64,000 bases of DNA from an uncultured Flavobacteriales bacterium (GTDB lineage Bacteria > Bacteroidota > Bacteroidia > Flavobacteriales > Schleiferiaceae): contig OX044356.1 of NCBI GenBank assembly GCA_943846715.1, positions 394,029-458,028 on the forward strand. Direction: 5' to 3'. A program made the position numbers and the translations under genes. How positions within the stretch are numbered: position 1 is the stretch's first letter; each line of letters begins with the position of its first letter. The notes under the pieces were generated by a model. The model was not told where the DNA came from. It saw only the letters and a program-made list of their open reading frames with translations, and did no database searches. Positions 16,852 through 29,013 of the stretch are shown piece by piece.

Positions 16852-19280
16852 TTCGATAATAGGCGCAATTTAGCAAACTTCAGGAGCAGTTTTTTCTCAC
16901 CGGCATGTTCAAAGGCGATGACGGCCTTTGCATCCATGCCCTCGCCTTCAATAGCGGTCACTGCTCCGACGCCAAATCTGCCGTGAATAACGCGGCTTTT
17001 GATCTGGAGATTTAGGTCCATTGCTGATGTGTGAATGTCTGATTTACTGTTTGTTACGTCCTCAATACGCTTCATGGCATGAGGTCGTTTGAAGTGTATG
17101 TCACGAGGCTTGGCTTCAGGTTTTTTCCCCTGGAGTTTTGCTTTGTTTGATTCCATTTTTTTTCTTTGCCCCATGGATTCAGCGGCCTTCCCATAGAAGG
17201 TATTTCGGGCTTTTGGTGCTCGTTCAGGTGCGCCAAAAGCGTCCTTGAGGCTCTCGGGCACCTGATAAGTGTTGTTGACTTCGGATTCGTGGACATCCAG
17301 GTGCTTTTCATCGAGTTCATCCAAAAAACGGCTAGGGACACAGTCAATCAGCTTGCCCCATCGGTAACGCACATGGGAGTGGGTGAGGTAAGCCTGTTTT
17401 TCTGCCCGCGTCAATGCCACATAAAAGAGGCGTCGTTCTTCCTCAATTTCTTGTCGTGACCCCATGGACATCATTGAAGGGAAGAGGTTCTCCTCTAGTC
17501 CGACAACGAAAACATGGCGGAATTCCAAGCCTTTTGCTAGGTGTACTGTCATGAGACTGACCTTGGGTCCGGGGTCTTCATCTTGCCGGTCTATGTCTGT
17601 GATCAGTGCCACATCTTGAATGAATGCTGCCAAGCTTGGGTCTCCATCTTCAATGGGCTCTTGCTGTTCAACAAAATCTTTGATGCCATTCAGCAATTCT
17701 TGGATGTTTTCATACCTACTAACGCCTTCAGGTGTGTTGTCATCAGCAAACAGTTTGATCAACCCACTGGTTTTTGCAATGTGTGACGTCACGTCAAAGG
17801 CAGTGCCGGATTCGCTTAAAATCTGGTAGGATTTGATCATGTCTGCAAAGGCTAGGATGCGTTCTGCGGTGGGGCGGTTGATGGTTGGGACCAATGCAGT
17901 TGCCTTGCAAGCGATGTCCCATAACGTGCTGTTTTGTTCATTGGCAGCAATAATCAACCGGGCCATGGTGGTGTCGCCAATGCCTCTGCTAGGCAGGTTG
18001 ATGGCCCGCTTGAAGGCTTCTTCGTCGTTTGGGTTGACGCAGAGTCTGACATAGGCCAGCAAATCCTTCACCTCTTTTCGCTGGTAGAAGGACAAGCCCC
18101 CATAAATTCTGTAGGCAATGCCCCGCCTTCTCAGACTGTCTTCAAAGGCACGTGACTGCGCATTGGTTCGGTAAAGGATGGCAAATTGGTCAGGCAGCTG
18201 TTGTTTGCGGTTGATGCCATTCCAGATGGTGTGTGCCACAAATTGTGCTTCGTCGGAATCGCTCACGGCTTGATGAACCACGATGGGTTCGCCGGCAGGG
18301 TTTTCCGTCCAGATGTCCTTAGGTAATTGATCCTCGTTAACCTTGATTAATGCATTGGCTGCACCCACAATATGGCCTGAAGAGCGATAGTTCTGCTCAA
18401 GCTTGTACATGCCAGCATCAGGGTAATCCTTGTTGAAATTAAGGATGTTTTCAATGTTGGCTCCTCGGAATGCGTATATGCTTTGCGCATCATCGCCCAC
18501 AGTGAACAGGTTCTCAAAGCGGCTAGCTAATGCTTTGATGATGAGGTATTGGCTGTGGTTGGTGTCTTGGTACTCGTCGACAAGAATGTAACGGAAACGA
18601 TCCTGGTAGGTTGCAAGGGCTTCGGGAAATCGGGCAAAGAGCTCATTGGTCCTAAGCAGTAGGTCATCAAAGTCCATGGCGCCTGCTCTGAAACATCGCT
18701 CGGTGTATGCTTTGTAAAGTTCACCCATCTTTGACATCCTTGCAGCTGAGTCAGCAGCTTGCAAGTCACCTCGCTTGGCATAAGACTTAACGGTAATCAA
18801 GTTGTTCTTGTAAGAGCTGATGCGATTGCTAACTGCCTTTACTTTATAAAGGTCTTTGTCCAGTTGCATTTCCTTGATCAAGGAAGCAATCACTTTGTTG
18901 CTGTCTTCAGTGTCATAAATGGTGAAGTTGGATGGGTAGCCCATGCGATGACCTTCGCTTCTTAAGATGCGTGCAAAGACCGAATGGAAGGTTCCCATCC
19001 ACAAACCTTTGACCTGGTCTTTGCTGGTGATGCTTGCAATCCGATCACGCATTTCCCGTGCAGCCTTGTTGGTGAACGTCAGTGCCAAGATGTTGAAGGC
19101 ATCGACCCCTTGAGCCATGATGTGAGCGATGCGGTAGGTGAGGACACGGGTTTTACCTGAGCCTGCTCCAGCAATCACCATGGCAGGGCCTTTGATGTGC
19201 TCAGCAGCTTTGCGCTGTGCGGGATTCAATTGAGATAAAAATGCTGACATGGGTTGGTTGACAAAGGTAGGTGAGTCCAT
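16848..19280 (-). CDS. ATP-dependent DNA helicase, UvrD/PcrA/Rep family
   Basis: Walker A AGAGSGKT, DEYQDTN, and other SF1 motifs. C-terminal Tudor-like tail (VIHGRFGVGAV...). The start could instead be Met11 (19250). Confidence 0.93.
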   Translation of the reverse strand: MDSPTFVNQPMSAFLSQLNPAQRKAAEHIKGPAMVIAGAGSGKTRVLTYRIAHIMAQGVDAFNILALTFTNKAAREMRDRIASITSKDQVKGLWMGTFHSVFARILRSEGHRMGYPSNFTIYDTEDSNKVIASLIKEMQLDKDLYKVKAVSNRISSYKNNLITVKSYAKRGDLQAADSAARMSKMGELYKAYTERCFRAGAMDFDDLLLRTNELFARFPEALATYQDRFRYILVDEYQDTNHSQYLIIKALASRFENLFTVGDDAQSIYAFRGANIENILNFNKDYPDAGMYKLEQNYRSSGHIVGAANALIKVNEDQLPKDIWTENPAGEPIVVHQAVSDSDEAQFVAHTIWNGINRKQQLPDQFAILYRTNAQSRAFEDSLRRRGIAYRIYGGLSFYQRKEVKDLLAYVRLCVNPNDEEAFKRAINLPSRGIGDTTMARLIIAANEQNSTLWDIACKATALVPTINRPTAERILAFADMIKSYQILSESGTAFDVTSHIAKTSGLIKLFADDNTPEGVSRYENIQELLNGIKDFVEQQEPIEDGDPSLAAFIQDVALITDIDRQDEDPGPKVSLMTVHLAKGLEFRHVFVVGLEENLFPSMMSMGSRQEIEEERRLFYVALTRAEKQAYLTHSHVRYRWGKLIDCVPSRFLDELDEKHLDVHESEVNNTYQVPESLKDAFGAPERAPKARNTFYGKAAESMGQRKKMESNKAKLQGKKPEAKPRDIHFKRPHAMKRIEDVTNSKSDIHTSAMDLNLQIKSRVIHGRFGVGAVTAIEGEGMDAKAVIAFEHAGEKKLLLKFAKLRLLSK

Positions 19281-19341
19281 GAATCATGGAAAGCCGAGTC
19301 AACAGTTTTTAAAAAGTTACTAATTGGGCTTTTAAGCGTGG

Positions 19342-19371
19342 TTGTATATGCAGGAAAATACTCTACATTTG
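19342..19371 (+). promoter_or_regulatory. putative Bacteroidota-type promoter of the str/S10/spc/alpha ribosomal supercluster
   Basis: TTG (19342..19344), 19 nt spacer, then TACATTTG (19364..19371), a perfect TAnnTTTG. It lies 58 nt before the rpsL ATG. Confidence 0.5.
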
Positions 19372-19429
19372 CAGTCCCCAAAAAAATGGGTGTTAACAAC
19401 GCATTGAGAACGAAACTAAATCAGATCGA

Positions 19430-19810
19430 ATGCCAACAATACAGCAACTGGTTCGTAAAGGCCGGGTGAAAATGACAAAAAAGAGCAAGTCCGTTGCTCT
19501 AGATTCTTGCCCACAAAGGCGCGGGGTATGCACACGTGTATACACTACTACGCCAAAGAAACCCAACTCTGCCATGCGGAAAGTCGCCCGTGTGCGATTG
19601 ACCAATGGCAATGAAGTGAATGCCTACATCGGCGGTGAAGGACACAACCTCCAAGAGCACAGCATTGTGCTTGTTCGCGGTGGTCGAGTGAAAGATCTTC
19701 CCGGTGTTCGCTATCACATCGTACGTGGCGCACTAGATACTTCAGGTGTTGCAGATCGAACTCAGCGTCGATCCAAGTACGGAACCAAACGTCCAAAAGC
19801 CAAGAAATAA
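19430..19810 (+). CDS. rpsL: 30S ribosomal protein S12
   Basis: [12 protein letters not shown]...PKKPNSA.RK; conserved sequence and first position in the str operon. Confidence 0.98.
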   Translation: MPTIQQLVRKGRVKMTKKSKSVALDSCPQRRGVCTRVYTTTPKKPNSAMRKVARVRLTNGNEVNAYIGGEGHNLQEHSIVLVRGGRVKDLPGVRYHIVRGALDTSGVADRTQRRSKYGTKRPKAKK

Positions 19811-19813
19811 GCC

Positions 19814-20284
19814 ATGAGAAAGACACGTGCAAAAAAGCGCCCTCTGCTTCCAGATCCCCGATTCAACGATGAATTGGTGACACGTTTTGTAAACAACATG
19901 ATGCTGGATGGCAAGAAATCTCTTGCATTCACCATTTTTTATGACGCCATTGATCTAGTCTCAGAGAAGACTGGAGAAGGTGATGGTCTTGAGCAGTGGA
20001 AAACAGCTTTGACCAATGTCATGCCACACGTTGAGGTTCGTAGCCGACGTGTAGGTGGTTCAACTTTCCAGATCCCTCACCCGATTCGTCCTGACCGAAA
20101 GGTAACCATGGCGATGAAGTGGTTGATCGAATTTTCTCGCAAGCGCAATGAGAAGACCATGGCAAACAAATTAGCCAATGAGATCATTGCAGCAGCGAAG
20201 GAAGAAGGTGCAGCTGTGAAGCGTCGTCAAGACACACACAAGATGGCTGAAGCCAACAAGGCATTTTCTCATTTCCGTTTCTAA
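19814..20284 (+). CDS. rpsG: 30S ribosomal protein S7
   Basis: 156 aa: [23 protein letters not shown]. Confidence 0.98.
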   Translation: MRKTRAKKRPLLPDPRFNDELVTRFVNNMMLDGKKSLAFTIFYDAIDLVSEKTGEGDGLEQWKTALTNVMPHVEVRSRRVGGSTFQIPHPIRPDRKVTMAMKWLIEFSRKRNEKTMANKLANEIIAAAKEEGAAVKRRQDTHKMAEANKAFSHFRF

Positions 20285-20294
20285 ATCATTCACC

Positions 20295-22421
20295 ATGTCA
20301 ACACGGGATCTTAAATTTACACGCAACATCGGCATCATGGCTCACATTGATGCAGGTAAGACGACAACGACTGAGCGCGTTCTTTACTACACAGGTGTGA
20401 GTCACAAAATTGGTGAAGTGCACGATGGTGCGGCAACCATGGACTGGATGGAGCAAGAGCAAGAGCGTGGTATCACCATCACATCTGCCGCTACCACGTG
20501 TTTTTGGAACTTCCCAACCAATCAAGGCCAGGCCATTCCAGAATCTGAAGAGTACAAGGTCAATATCATTGACACCCCTGGGCACGTTGATTTCACTGTT
20601 GAGGTAGAGCGTTCATTGCGCGTATTGGATGGTGCTGTTGCATTGCTTTGTGCCGTCGGTGGTGTTCAGCCTCAAACGGAAACTGTTTGGCGTCAGGCAA
20701 CAAAATACGCCGTGCCACGCATGGTGTTTGTCAACAAGATGGACCGTACCGGTGCAGATTTCTTTGAGGTAGTCAGCCAAATTGGCGACCGTTTGAAAGG
20801 CAATCCCTTGGTGATGCAAGTGCCAATCGGTAATGAGGGAGAATTTAAAGGCATCGTTGACTTGTTGGATAAGCGTGCCATTATTTGGAACGATGACACC
20901 CAAGGCATGACTTACAAGGAAGTAGAAATTCCTGCTGAATTGGTTGAGACTGTCGATGAGTACCGAGAGAAATTGGTTGAAGCTATTGCTGAATTTGATG
21001 ACAACCTGTTGGAAAAGTTCTTTGAGGATCCCGATAGCATCACTCGAGAGGAAATGGTTGCTGCTATTCGTAAAGGCACCATTGAAATGAAAATTACGCC
21101 TGTCTTCTGTGGCTCCGCCTTCAAGAATAAAGGTGTGCAAACTATGTTGGATGCGGTGATGTCTTATTTGCCATCCCCTTTGGATGTGGAAGCTATCACT
21201 GGTGAGAACCCTGATACAGGTGAGGAAGAGTCTCGCAAGCCATCCGTAGATGAGCCATTCTCAGCCCTTGCTTTCAAGATTGCGACGGACCCATTTGTTG
21301 GCCGGTTGTGCTTTTTCCGTGTATACTCTGGATCAACCGATGCAGGTTCTTACGTGAAAAACATGCGAACCATGAAGAAGGAGCGTATTTCTCGCATCTT
21401 CCAAATGCACTCCAACAAGCAGAATGCCATTCCTACAATTGAGGCTGGTGATATTGGTGCAGGTGTTGGTTTCAAGGACATTCGCACAGGCGATACCCTT
21501 GCAGCTGAAAAACATCCCATCGTATTGGAATCTATGACATTCCCTGAGCCAGTGATTGGCATAGCTGTTGAACCTAAGTCACAGGCTGACATGGACAAGA
21601 TGGGTATGGCATTGGCTAAATTGGCAGAAGAAGATCCAACTTTCCGTGTTGTCACGGATGAGGAAACCGGTCAGACTGTGATCAGTGGTATGGGCGAATT
21701 GCATTTGGACATCCTTGTTGACCGCATGCGACGTGAATTCAAGGTTGAATGCAACCAAGGTGCACCTCAGGTTCAGTACAAGGAGGCATTGAACGAGACC
21801 GTCAGCCACCGTGAAACATACAAGAAGCAGACAGGTGGCCGCGGTAAATTTGCAGACATCGTCTTCACGATTGGACCCGTTGATGAAGACTTCGAAGGTG
21901 ACTTGCAGTTTGTGAATGAAGTCAAAGGTGGCAATGTGCCTCGTGAATTTATTCCATCTGTTGAGAAAGGATTCAAGAATGCCATGGTCAATGGCCCGTT
22001 GGCTGGCTATGGAATTGACACCATGAAGGTGACATTGAAGGATGGTTCATTCCACCCTGTTGACTCTGATCAGTTGTCCTTTGAGCAAGCTGGAAAGCTT
22101 GGTTTCCGTTCTTCGGCTAAAAAGGCATCTCCGGTCATCTTGGAACCAATCATGAAGATGGAAGTTGTCATGCCAGAAAACGCCATGGGAGATGTTGTGG
22201 GAGACCTCAACAAACGCCGTGGCGTGGTTCAAGGTATGGACACCAAGGAAGGTGATTCCGTTGTGAAAGCTGAAGTGCCATTGAGCGAAATGTTTGGTTA
22301 CGTTACCAGCTTACGCACCATCACATCTGGTCGTGGCAGTTCTACCATGGAATTCAGCCATTACGCCGCAACGCCTAACAATATTTCTGAAGCAGTCATT
22401 GAGGCTGTAAAGGGAGCCTAA
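20295..22421 (+). CDS. fusA: elongation factor G
   Basis: 708 aa: [31 protein letters not shown]. Confidence 0.98.
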   Translation: MSTRDLKFTRNIGIMAHIDAGKTTTTERVLYYTGVSHKIGEVHDGAATMDWMEQEQERGITITSAATTCFWNFPTNQGQAIPESEEYKVNIIDTPGHVDFTVEVERSLRVLDGAVALLCAVGGVQPQTETVWRQATKYAVPRMVFVNKMDRTGADFFEVVSQIGDRLKGNPLVMQVPIGNEGEFKGIVDLLDKRAIIWNDDTQGMTYKEVEIPAELVETVDEYREKLVEAIAEFDDNLLEKFFEDPDSITREEMVAAIRKGTIEMKITPVFCGSAFKNKGVQTMLDAVMSYLPSPLDVEAITGENPDTGEEESRKPSVDEPFSALAFKIATDPFVGRLCFFRVYSGSTDAGSYVKNMRTMKKERISRIFQMHSNKQNAIPTIEAGDIGAGVGFKDIRTGDTLAAEKHPIVLESMTFPEPVIGIAVEPKSQADMDKMGMALAKLAEEDPTFRVVTDEETGQTVISGMGELHLDILVDRMRREFKVECNQGAPQVQYKEALNETVSHRETYKKQTGGRGKFADIVFTIGPVDEDFEGDLQFVNEVKGGNVPREFIPSVEKGFKNAMVNGPLAGYGIDTMKVTLKDGSFHPVDSDQLSFEQAGKLGFRSSAKKASPVILEPIMKMEVVMPENAMGDVVGDLNKRRGVVQGMDTKEGDSVVKAEVPLSEMFGYVTSLRTITSGRGSSTMEFSHYAATPNNISEAVIEAVKGA

Positions 22422-22436
22422 TAACCGAAGCGAATC

Positions 22437-22742
22437 ATGAGTCAAAAAATCCGCATCAAACTGAAATCCTACGACCACAACTTGGTCGATCGGAGTGCAG
22501 AGCAAATCGTTAAAACAGTCAAGAGCACGGGTGCTGTTGTCAATGGGCCTATTCCATTGCCAACAAACAAGCGTATCTACACGGTATTGCGATCTCCGCA
22601 CGTTAACAAAAAATCTCGCGAGCAATTTGAGTTATCCAACTACAAGCGTCTGTTAGATATCTATAGCTCTTCCAGCAAAACCATTGATGCGTTGATGAAG
22701 TTGGAGTTGCCTAGTGGGGTTGAAGTAGAAATTAAAGTTTAA
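22437..22742 (+). CDS. rpsJ: 30S ribosomal protein S10
   Basis: [16 protein letters not shown]; follows fusA directly with no tuf between, as in Bacteroidota. Confidence 0.98.
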   Translation: MSQKIRIKLKSYDHNLVDRSAEQIVKTVKSTGAVVNGPIPLPTNKRIYTVLRSPHVNKKSREQFELSNYKRLLDIYSSSSKTIDALMKLELPSGVEVEIKV

Positions 22743-22754
22743 TATCATAGTATT

Positions 22755-23366
22755 ATGCCTGGACTAATTGGCAAAAAAATCGGAATGACCAGCATCTTCG
22801 GTGCAGATGGGAAAAATTTCCCGTGCACTGTGATTGAGTTGGGTCCCTGTACGGTGACTCAGCTTAAATCGGACGATGTCGATGGTTACAACGCCGTGCA
22901 GATCGGTTTCAAGGACGCTAAGCGTCCTAACCAAGCTGCCTCCGGCCACGCTGCCAAAGCGAAAACCTCTGCAAAAACTAAGTACGTAGAATTTGACAGC
23001 TTCTCTGAAGATGTGAAACTGGGCGATGAGCTCACCGTTTCCATATTCGCTGAAGGTGACTTTGTTGACGTAGTAGGCACAAGCAAGGGTAAAGGCTTTC
23101 AAGGCGTTGTAAAGCGTCACAACTTTGCCGGTGTGGGTCAAGCCACACACGGTCAACACAATCGTTTGCGCGCACCGGGTTCTATTGGAGCCGGTTCCTC
23201 ACCATCTCGTGTCTTCAAGGGCATGCGCATGGGAGGCCGTATGGGCAACGATCGCATCAAGGTGACAAACCTTGAGGTGTTGAAAGTAGATGTTGAACAC
23301 AGCATGATTGTGGTTAAAGGATCAATTCCTGGAGCCAAGCAGTCAATGGTAATCGTTGAGAAATAA
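22755..23366 (+). CDS. rplC: 50S ribosomal protein L3
   Basis: [15 protein letters not shown]..; S10 operon order. Confidence 0.97.
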   Translation: MPGLIGKKIGMTSIFGADGKNFPCTVIELGPCTVTQLKSDDVDGYNAVQIGFKDAKRPNQAASGHAAKAKTSAKTKYVEFDSFSEDVKLGDELTVSIFAEGDFVDVVGTSKGKGFQGVVKRHNFAGVGQATHGQHNRLRAPGSIGAGSSPSRVFKGMRMGGRMGNDRIKVTNLEVLKVDVEHSMIVVKGSIPGAKQSMVIVEK

Positions 23367-23998
23367 TGAAAGTGAATATTGTCACTCAAGAGGGTAAAGA
23401 TTCAGGTCGCAAGGCGACATTGAGCAAGGAGGTCTATGGCATTACACCCAGTGATCACGCCATGTATTTGGACGTGAAACAATACCTCGCCAACCAACGC
23501 CAGGGTACGTCCAAGGCAAAGGAGCGTGGTGAAATTGCTCGAACTACAAAGAAACTCCACAAGCAAAAGGGTACTGGTGGCGCACGTCATGGCAGCATGC
23601 GTTCCCCATTGTTCCGCGGTGGTGGCACCATCTTTGGTCCTCGTCCCCGCAGCTACAGTTTTAAATTGAATAAAAAGCTGAAGATGTTGGCTCGTCGCTC
23701 TGCATTGAGCACCATGGCAGCCGACTCTCACATCATTGTGATGGATAAGTTCAGCATGGATGCCCCCAACACCCAGGGCTACGGTCAGGTAATCAGCGCC
23801 TTAGGCCTTAAGGGGAAGAAATCCATGGTTGTCTTGGCAGACCAGGATAAAGCAGTATATTTGTCATCCCGCAATTTTGAGGGATCTAAAGTGGTAACTG
23901 TGTCAGAATTAAGTACTTATGCGATTTTGAATGCTGGAACGCTTATCCTAACAGAAGGGGCAATAGACAAAATTGAAAACTCATTAATCACAAAGTAA
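23366..23998 (+). CDS. rplD: 50S ribosomal protein L4
   Basis: 210 aa: ..QKGTGGARHGS.RSP.FRGGG..FGP. Confidence 0.97.
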   Translation: MKVNIVTQEGKDSGRKATLSKEVYGITPSDHAMYLDVKQYLANQRQGTSKAKERGEIARTTKKLHKQKGTGGARHGSMRSPLFRGGGTIFGPRPRSYSFKLNKKLKMLARRSALSTMAADSHIIVMDKFSMDAPNTQGYGQVISALGLKGKKSMVVLADQDKAVYLSSRNFEGSKVVTVSELSTYAILNAGTLILTEGAIDKIENSLITK

Positions 23999-24291
23999 TG
24001 GAGGACATCATCATTCGACCCCTCATTTCGGAGAAAGCTTCAGCAGATGTTGAAGATCGCAACCGTTATGCTTTTGTGGTTAAAAAGAAAGCCAACAAGA
24101 TTCAGATCAAAAAGGCTGTTGAATTAGTATATGGCGTGAGCGTTGCAAGTGTTCGCACATGCATCATGCCGGCTAAGCGCGTTGTGCGCCACACCAAAGC
24201 AGGTGTTCTTGCTGGGCGTAACAGCTCCTACAAGAAGGCCATCATTGATCTCCAAAGTGGAGAGACTATTGACATTTACGGCAATATCTAA
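23998..24291 (+). CDS. rplW: 50S ribosomal protein L23
   Basis: 97 aa: ..[10 protein letters not shown]... Its start overlaps the rplD stop (TAATG). Confidence 0.96.
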   Translation: MEDIIIRPLISEKASADVEDRNRYAFVVKKKANKIQIKKAVELVYGVSVASVRTCIMPAKRVVRHTKAGVLAGRNSSYKKAIIDLQSGETIDIYGNI

Positions 24292-24296
24292 GCATC

Positions 24297-25121
24297 ATGG
24301 CGATACGTAAACTCAAAGCAATTACTCCTGGACAGCGTTTTCGCACAGTCAATGACTATGCAGACCTGACAGAGAGCAAGCCAGAAAAGTCTTTAACTGT
24401 AGCTAAGCGCCGTTCAGGTGGTCGGAATAACAGTGGTAAGATGACTATGCGTTACATTGGCGGAGGTGCCAAGCAACGCTACCGCATCATCGATTTCAAA
24501 CGTGACAAGGCAGCTGTTCCAGCTACGGTCAAGTCCATCGAGTATGATCCAAACCGTTCAGCATTCATCGCATTGTTGTTTTATGCAGACGGAGAGAAGC
24601 GCTACATCATTGCCCCAAGTGGCCTTGAGGTTGGCGCAGTGATTCAATCAGGTGAAGGTTCAGCCCCTAAGGTTGGCAATGCCATGAAAATCTCTGAGAT
24701 TCCGTTGGGTACCATCATTCACAACATTGAATTGCACCCTGGTCAAGGTGGTGTCATTGCGCGTAGCGCTGGTGCATTTGCACAGTTGGCAGCCCGTGAC
24801 GGCAAGTATGCTACCATCAAAATGCCTTCAGGTGAATTGCGCATGATCCTTGTAGAAGGCATGGCAACCATAGGCGTTGTCTCCAATTCTGATCACGCGC
24901 AGATTGTTTCCGGTAAGGCTGGTCGCAGCCGCTGGTTGGGTCGTCGTCCACGCACACGTGGTGTGGCAATGAACCCAGTGGATCACCCAATGGGTGGTGG
25001 TGAAGGCCGTGCATCTGGTGGACATCCACGTTCACGCAACGGCATTCCTGCAAAAGGATTTAAAACTCGCTCAAAGAAAAAGCCGAGTAATCGTTACATC
25101 ATTGAAAAACGTAAGAAGTAA
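24297..25121 (+). CDS. rplB: 50S ribosomal protein L2
   Basis: 274 aa: [15 protein letters not shown].., ..[14 protein letters not shown]. Confidence 0.98.
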   Translation: MAIRKLKAITPGQRFRTVNDYADLTESKPEKSLTVAKRRSGGRNNSGKMTMRYIGGGAKQRYRIIDFKRDKAAVPATVKSIEYDPNRSAFIALLFYADGEKRYIIAPSGLEVGAVIQSGEGSAPKVGNAMKISEIPLGTIIHNIELHPGQGGVIARSAGAFAQLAARDGKYATIKMPSGELRMILVEGMATIGVVSNSDHAQIVSGKAGRSRWLGRRPRTRGVAMNPVDHPMGGGEGRASGGHPRSRNGIPAKGFKTRSKKKPSNRYIIEKRKK

Positions 25122-25123
25122 TC

Positions 25124-25393
25124 ATGGCACGTTCTCTTAAAAAAGGCCCATTCATTCACTACAAGCTTGAAAAGCGAGTGGTGGCCAATGTAGAAGCTAA
25201 TAAAAAGACCGTCATCAAGACTTGGTCTCGCGCTTCTATGATCAGTCCAGATTTTGTTGGTCAAACCATTGCTGTTCATAACGGCAAGACTTTCATTCCT
25301 GTTTATGTCACTGAAAACATGGTAGGTCACAAGTTGGGAGAATTTTCTCCAACGCGTACTTTCCGTGGTCATGGTGGAAACAAAAAGAAATAA
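25124..25393 (+). CDS. rpsS: 30S ribosomal protein S19
   Basis: [10 protein letters not shown]..., ..[16 protein letters not shown]. Confidence 0.98.
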   Translation: MARSLKKGPFIHYKLEKRVVANVEANKKTVIKTWSRASMISPDFVGQTIAVHNGKTFIPVYVTENMVGHKLGEFSPTRTFRGHGGNKKK

Positions 25394-25399
25394 GCTGTC

Positions 25400-25837
25400 A
25401 TGGGATCAAGAAAGAAAAATCGTTCAGAAGCCATCAAGGCTGCTAAGAAAAAAGTTGCCATGGTACACCTTCGCAACTGTCCTACATCGCCTCGAAAGAT
25501 GCGCTTGATGGCAGATCTGATTCGCGGCATGGAAGTCACGAAGGCGTTGTATGTATTGAAGCACAGTTCTAAAGAGGCTTCTGGTCGCTTAGAAACACTT
25601 TTGTTGTCTGCACTGAATGTGTGGGAAACCAAGAATGAAGAATCAACAGTTGAGGGAACAACCTTGGTTGTTTCAAAGATTGAAGTGGCTTCTGCCCGCA
25701 TGCTCAAGCGTATTCGCCCTGCACCACAGGGTCGCGCTCACCGTATCCGCAAGCGTTCCAATCATGTAACCATGATTGTATCAGCTGATCAATCTGTAGA
25801 CATCACATCGTCCAACGAAGTAAATGACGCCAAATAA
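25400..25837 (+). CDS. rplV: 50S ribosomal protein L22
   Basis: ..[14 protein letters not shown]..; operon position. Confidence 0.95.
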   Translation: MGSRKKNRSEAIKAAKKKVAMVHLRNCPTSPRKMRLMADLIRGMEVTKALYVLKHSSKEASGRLETLLLSALNVWETKNEESTVEGTTLVVSKIEVASARMLKRIRPAPQGRAHRIRKRSNHVTMIVSADQSVDITSSNEVNDAK

Positions 25838-26583
25838 TGGGACAAAAAACGAATCCAATTGGTAACCGCTTAGGTTATATCCGTGGTTGGGAATCCAACT
25901 GGTTTGGAGGCAAAAATTTTGGCGAGAAACTCGCTGAAGATTTCGCCATCCGCAAATACATCAACACGCGCTTGTCTCGTGCCAATGTGTCTCGCATCGT
26001 TATTGAGCGTACACTCAAGGTGGTGACTGTGACCATTGCAACAGCTCGTCCTGGCGTCATCATTGGCAAAGGCGGAACTGAAGTCGACAAGCTCAGAGAA
26101 GAATTGAAGAAGTTGACCAAAAAGGACGTTCAGTTGAACATCCATGAGATCAAGCGCCCAGAATTGGACGCTATCTTGGTTGCTGATTCCATTGCCCGCC
26201 AATTGGAAGGCCGTGTGTCTTTCCGTCGCGCAGTGAAAATGGCTATGGGTAGTACCATGCGCATGGGCGCTGAAGGCATCAAGGTGCAGATCAGCGGCCG
26301 ATTGAATGGTGCTGAGATTGCTCGCTCCATGAAATTCAAAGAAGGACGTACCCCATTGCATACTTTCCGTGCAGATATTGACTACCATCTTGCTGAGGCA
26401 CATACAACTTACGGCCGTTTGGGCGTCAAAGTATGGATCATGAAAGGTGAAGTCTATGGCAAGAAGGACCTATCCAACATCCTTGGACCTGCAAAGCGTT
26501 CTGGTAGTGGTGGTGCTGGTGGTGGTGCTAGTAAGAATCGTGGCAGCGGCGCAAGTCGCAACCGCCCAAACCGTAATGCTTAA
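25837..26583 (+). CDS. rpsC: 30S ribosomal protein S3
   Basis: [13 protein letters not shown]..., KH domain, and a G/S/R-rich C-terminal tail. Confidence 0.97.
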   Translation: MGQKTNPIGNRLGYIRGWESNWFGGKNFGEKLAEDFAIRKYINTRLSRANVSRIVIERTLKVVTVTIATARPGVIIGKGGTEVDKLREELKKLTKKDVQLNIHEIKRPELDAILVADSIARQLEGRVSFRRAVKMAMGSTMRMGAEGIKVQISGRLNGAEIARSMKFKEGRTPLHTFRADIDYHLAEAHTTYGRLGVKVWIMKGEVYGKKDLSNILGPAKRSGSGGAGGGASKNRGSGASRNRPNRNA

Positions 26584-26594
26584 TCTATTAGGTC

Positions 26595-27017
26595 ATGTTA
26601 CAGCCAAAGCGTACAAAACACCGTAAGATGTTCAAAGGCCGAATGAAAGGCAATGCCCAGCGTGGCACAGAGCTTTCATTTGGATCCTACGGCATCAAAT
26701 CCCTGGAAGATGTCTGGATGACATCTCGCCAAATTGAGTCAGCTCGTATTGCAGCTACTCGCTACATGCAGCGTCAGGGTCAGTTGTGGATTCGCATCTT
26801 CCCAGACAAACCTATCACCAAGAAACCGCTTGAGGTTCGTATGGGTAAGGGTAAGGGTAATGTCGAATACTGGGCAGCTGTTGTCAAGCCAGGCCGCATG
26901 CTCTTTGAGCTAGATGGCGTCCCTGAAGATGTTGCAAAAGAAGCCCTTCGCTTAGCTGCGCAGAAGCTTCCTGTTAAAACCAAATTAGTCACACGTCGCG
27001 ATTTGCAGGCGCTATAA
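26595..27017 (+). CDS. rplP: 50S ribosomal protein L16
   Basis: [15 protein letters not shown]. Confidence 0.98.
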   Translation: MLQPKRTKHRKMFKGRMKGNAQRGTELSFGSYGIKSLEDVWMTSRQIESARIAATRYMQRQGQLWIRIFPDKPITKKPLEVRMGKGKGNVEYWAAVVKPGRMLFELDGVPEDVAKEALRLAAQKLPVKTKLVTRRDLQAL

Positions 27018-27025
27018 TCTGAGCT

Positions 27026-27214
27026 ATGAATAACGAAGAAATTCGAAATCTCTCTGACCAAGATCTTCAAGCCAAGTTGGCTGAAGTGAAAAGTGAACTT
27101 GCTGATATGAGGCGAGTGAATCGGATCAGTCCACTGGAAAATCCCATGCGGATTAGCGCTATCCGCAAGGACGTTGCTCGCATGGCTACTGAAATAAGCA
27201 CACGTAAAGCATAA
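27026..27214 (+). CDS. rpmC: 50S ribosomal protein L29
   Basis: 62 aa: ..[18 protein letters not shown]; operon position. Confidence 0.93.
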   Translation: MNNEEIRNLSDQDLQAKLAEVKSELADMRRVNRISPLENPMRISAIRKDVARMATEISTRKA

Positions 27215-27222
27215 TCTATACC

Positions 27223-27483
27223 ATGGAAAATCAACGTAATCTTCGCAAAGAGCGTATTGGCACAATCACCAGTTCCGCCATGGACAAGACGGTGACTGTC
27301 AATGTTTCTCGTCGTGTCAAGCATGCCAAGTATGGCAAGTTCCTCACGTTCAGTAAAAAGTTTCATGCGCATGATGAGGCTAATGACTGTGGTGTTGGCG
27401 ATACCGTTCGCATCATGGAAAGCCGACCAATAAGCCGCACCAAGTGCTGGCGCGTTGTTGAAATAATCGAAAGAGCTAAGTAA
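27223..27483 (+). CDS. rpsQ: 30S ribosomal protein S17
   Basis: 86 aa: ..[18 protein letters not shown]... Confidence 0.95.
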   Translation: MENQRNLRKERIGTITSSAMDKTVTVNVSRRVKHAKYGKFLTFSKKFHAHDEANDCGVGDTVRIMESRPISRTKCWRVVEIIERAK

Positions 27484-27485
27484 GC

Positions 27486-27854
27486 ATGTTACAGACAGAA
27501 TCTCGTCTCCGCGTTGCGGACAATACTGGCGCCAAGGAAGTCTTGGTGATTCGTGTACTAGGTGGCACCAAGCGTCGCTACGCTCGTTTGGGTGACAAAA
27601 TTGTCGTCACTGTCAAGGATGCCACACCAGGTGGCAATACAAAAAAAGGCACCGTTACTCGTGCAGTGGTCGTTCGCACCAAGAAAGAAGTGCGTCGCCC
27701 TGATGGATCCTACATTCGCTTTGATGACAATGCATGTGTGTTGTTGGATGAGGCGGGTCAAATGAAGGGTACTCGTGTATTTGGTCCTGTCGCTCGTGAA
27801 TTGCGTGACAAGCAGTTCATGAAGATTGTCTCTTTAGCACCTGAAGTGCTGTAA
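27486..27854 (+). CDS. rplN: 50S ribosomal protein L14
   Basis: [18 protein letters not shown]... Confidence 0.98.
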   Translation: MLQTESRLRVADNTGAKEVLVIRVLGGTKRRYARLGDKIVVTVKDATPGGNTKKGTVTRAVVVRTKKEVRRPDGSYIRFDDNACVLLDEAGQMKGTRVFGPVARELRDKQFMKIVSLAPEVL

Positions 27855-27866
27855 TTATTTATTAAG

Positions 27867-28178
27867 ATGGCAAAATTCCACATCAAAACAGGAGACACCG
27901 TCATGGTCATCGCAGGTACTGCGAAGGGCCAGAGTGGCCGTGTGATCCGCATGATCCCTAAGCAGCATCGCGCTGTCATTGAAGGTTTGAACTTGGTTAC
28001 CAAGCATCAAAAACCTTCAGCAACTAGCCCTCAAGGTGGCATTGTGAAAATGGAAGCTCCCATTCACTTGTCTAACTTGATGCTCATGATCGGTGACCAA
28101 GCCACACGTGTGGGTCGCCGGATTGAGGATGGTAAGGTTGTTCGTTACGCTAAGAAAACCGGTGATATCATTAAGTAA
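27867..28178 (+). CDS. rplX: 50S ribosomal protein L24
   Basis: 103 aa: [17 protein letters not shown] (KOW motif). Confidence 0.96.
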   Translation: MAKFHIKTGDTVMVIAGTAKGQSGRVIRMIPKQHRAVIEGLNLVTKHQKPSATSPQGGIVKMEAPIHLSNLMLMIGDQATRVGRRIEDGKVVRYAKKTGDIIK

Positions 28179-28717
28179 TGGAACCTACACTCAAGAAAAA
28201 CTACAAAGAGAAAGTCGTTCCTGCATTGATGGAGGAATTTGGCTACACCAATAAGATGCAAGTTCCTCGTCTAGAGAAAATTGTTCTAAGTCAAGGTGTC
28301 GGTGCTGCAGTTTCTGACAAGAAACTCGTTCAGTATGCCGTTGAGGAAATGACAATAATTGCTGGCCAAATGGCTGTCATGACCAAGTCTAAGAAAGACG
28401 TGTCCAATTTCAAATTGCGTAAAGGCATGCCAATCGGCGCCCGTGTCACCTTGCGTGGTGAGCGCATGTATGAATTCATGGAGCGACTGTTTGTTTCTGC
28501 CTTGCCACGTGTTCGTGACTTCCAAGGTGTCAAGCAAGGTTTTGATGGACGAGGTAACTTGACCATGGGCATCAAAGAGCAAATCATTTTCCCTGAGATT
28601 GAAATCGACAAGGTGAACCGCATTGCTGGTATGGATATCACATTTGTGACCAATGCCAATACAGATAAAGAAAGCAAGGCGCTTTTGAAAGCATTTGGAA
28701 TGCCCCTTAAAAAGTAA
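28178..28717 (+). CDS. rplE: 50S ribosomal protein L5
   Basis: 179 aa: ..[24 protein letters not shown]. Confidence 0.97.
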   Translation: MEPTLKKNYKEKVVPALMEEFGYTNKMQVPRLEKIVLSQGVGAAVSDKKLVQYAVEEMTIIAGQMAVMTKSKKDVSNFKLRKGMPIGARVTLRGERMYEFMERLFVSALPRVRDFQGVKQGFDGRGNLTMGIKEQIIFPEIEIDKVNRIAGMDITFVTNANTDKESKALLKAFGMPLKK

Positions 28718-28720
28718 GAC

Positions 28721-28990
28721 ATGGCAAAAGAATCAATGAAAGCGCGCGAGCGCAAACGCGAGGCAACTGTTGCCAAGTATGCTGAAAAGCGCAAGGCACT
28801 TAAAGAAGCTGGCGATTTTGCTGGCTTGCAGAGACTCCCAAAAAACGCATCTCCTGTTCGTTTACACAACCGTTGCAAACTCACTGGTCGCCCTCGTGGC
28901 TATATGCGCCAATTTGGCCTTTCCCGTGTCACCTTCCGTGAGATGGCCCTCAAGGGCTTGATCCCAGGGGTGAAAAAGAGCAGCTTCTAA
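28721..28990 (+). CDS. rpsN: 30S ribosomal protein S14 (long, non-zinc form)
   Basis: 89 aa: [13 protein letters not shown]...[20 protein letters not shown]. Confidence 0.96.
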   Translation: MAKESMKARERKREATVAKYAEKRKALKEAGDFAGLQRLPKNASPVRLHNRCKLTGRPRGYMRQFGLSRVTFREMALKGLIPGVKKSSF

Positions 28991-29013
28991 AAAAGCTATA
29001 ACAAGAAGAAATT

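Noticed and set aside
20613-21140. 175-aa minus-strand ORF inside fusA, plus several smaller ORFs between 20298 and 22625.
   Set aside because: They are antisense to EF-G. They are open only because of the codon bias of the sense strand.
25870-26403. 177-aa minus-strand ORF inside rpsC. Similar ORFs occur at 26780-27265, 28330-28884 and 32289-32864, inside the rplP-to-rpsQ region, rplE/rpsN and secY.
   Set aside because: All are antisense to universally conserved genes. They have no independent start context and an implausible composition.
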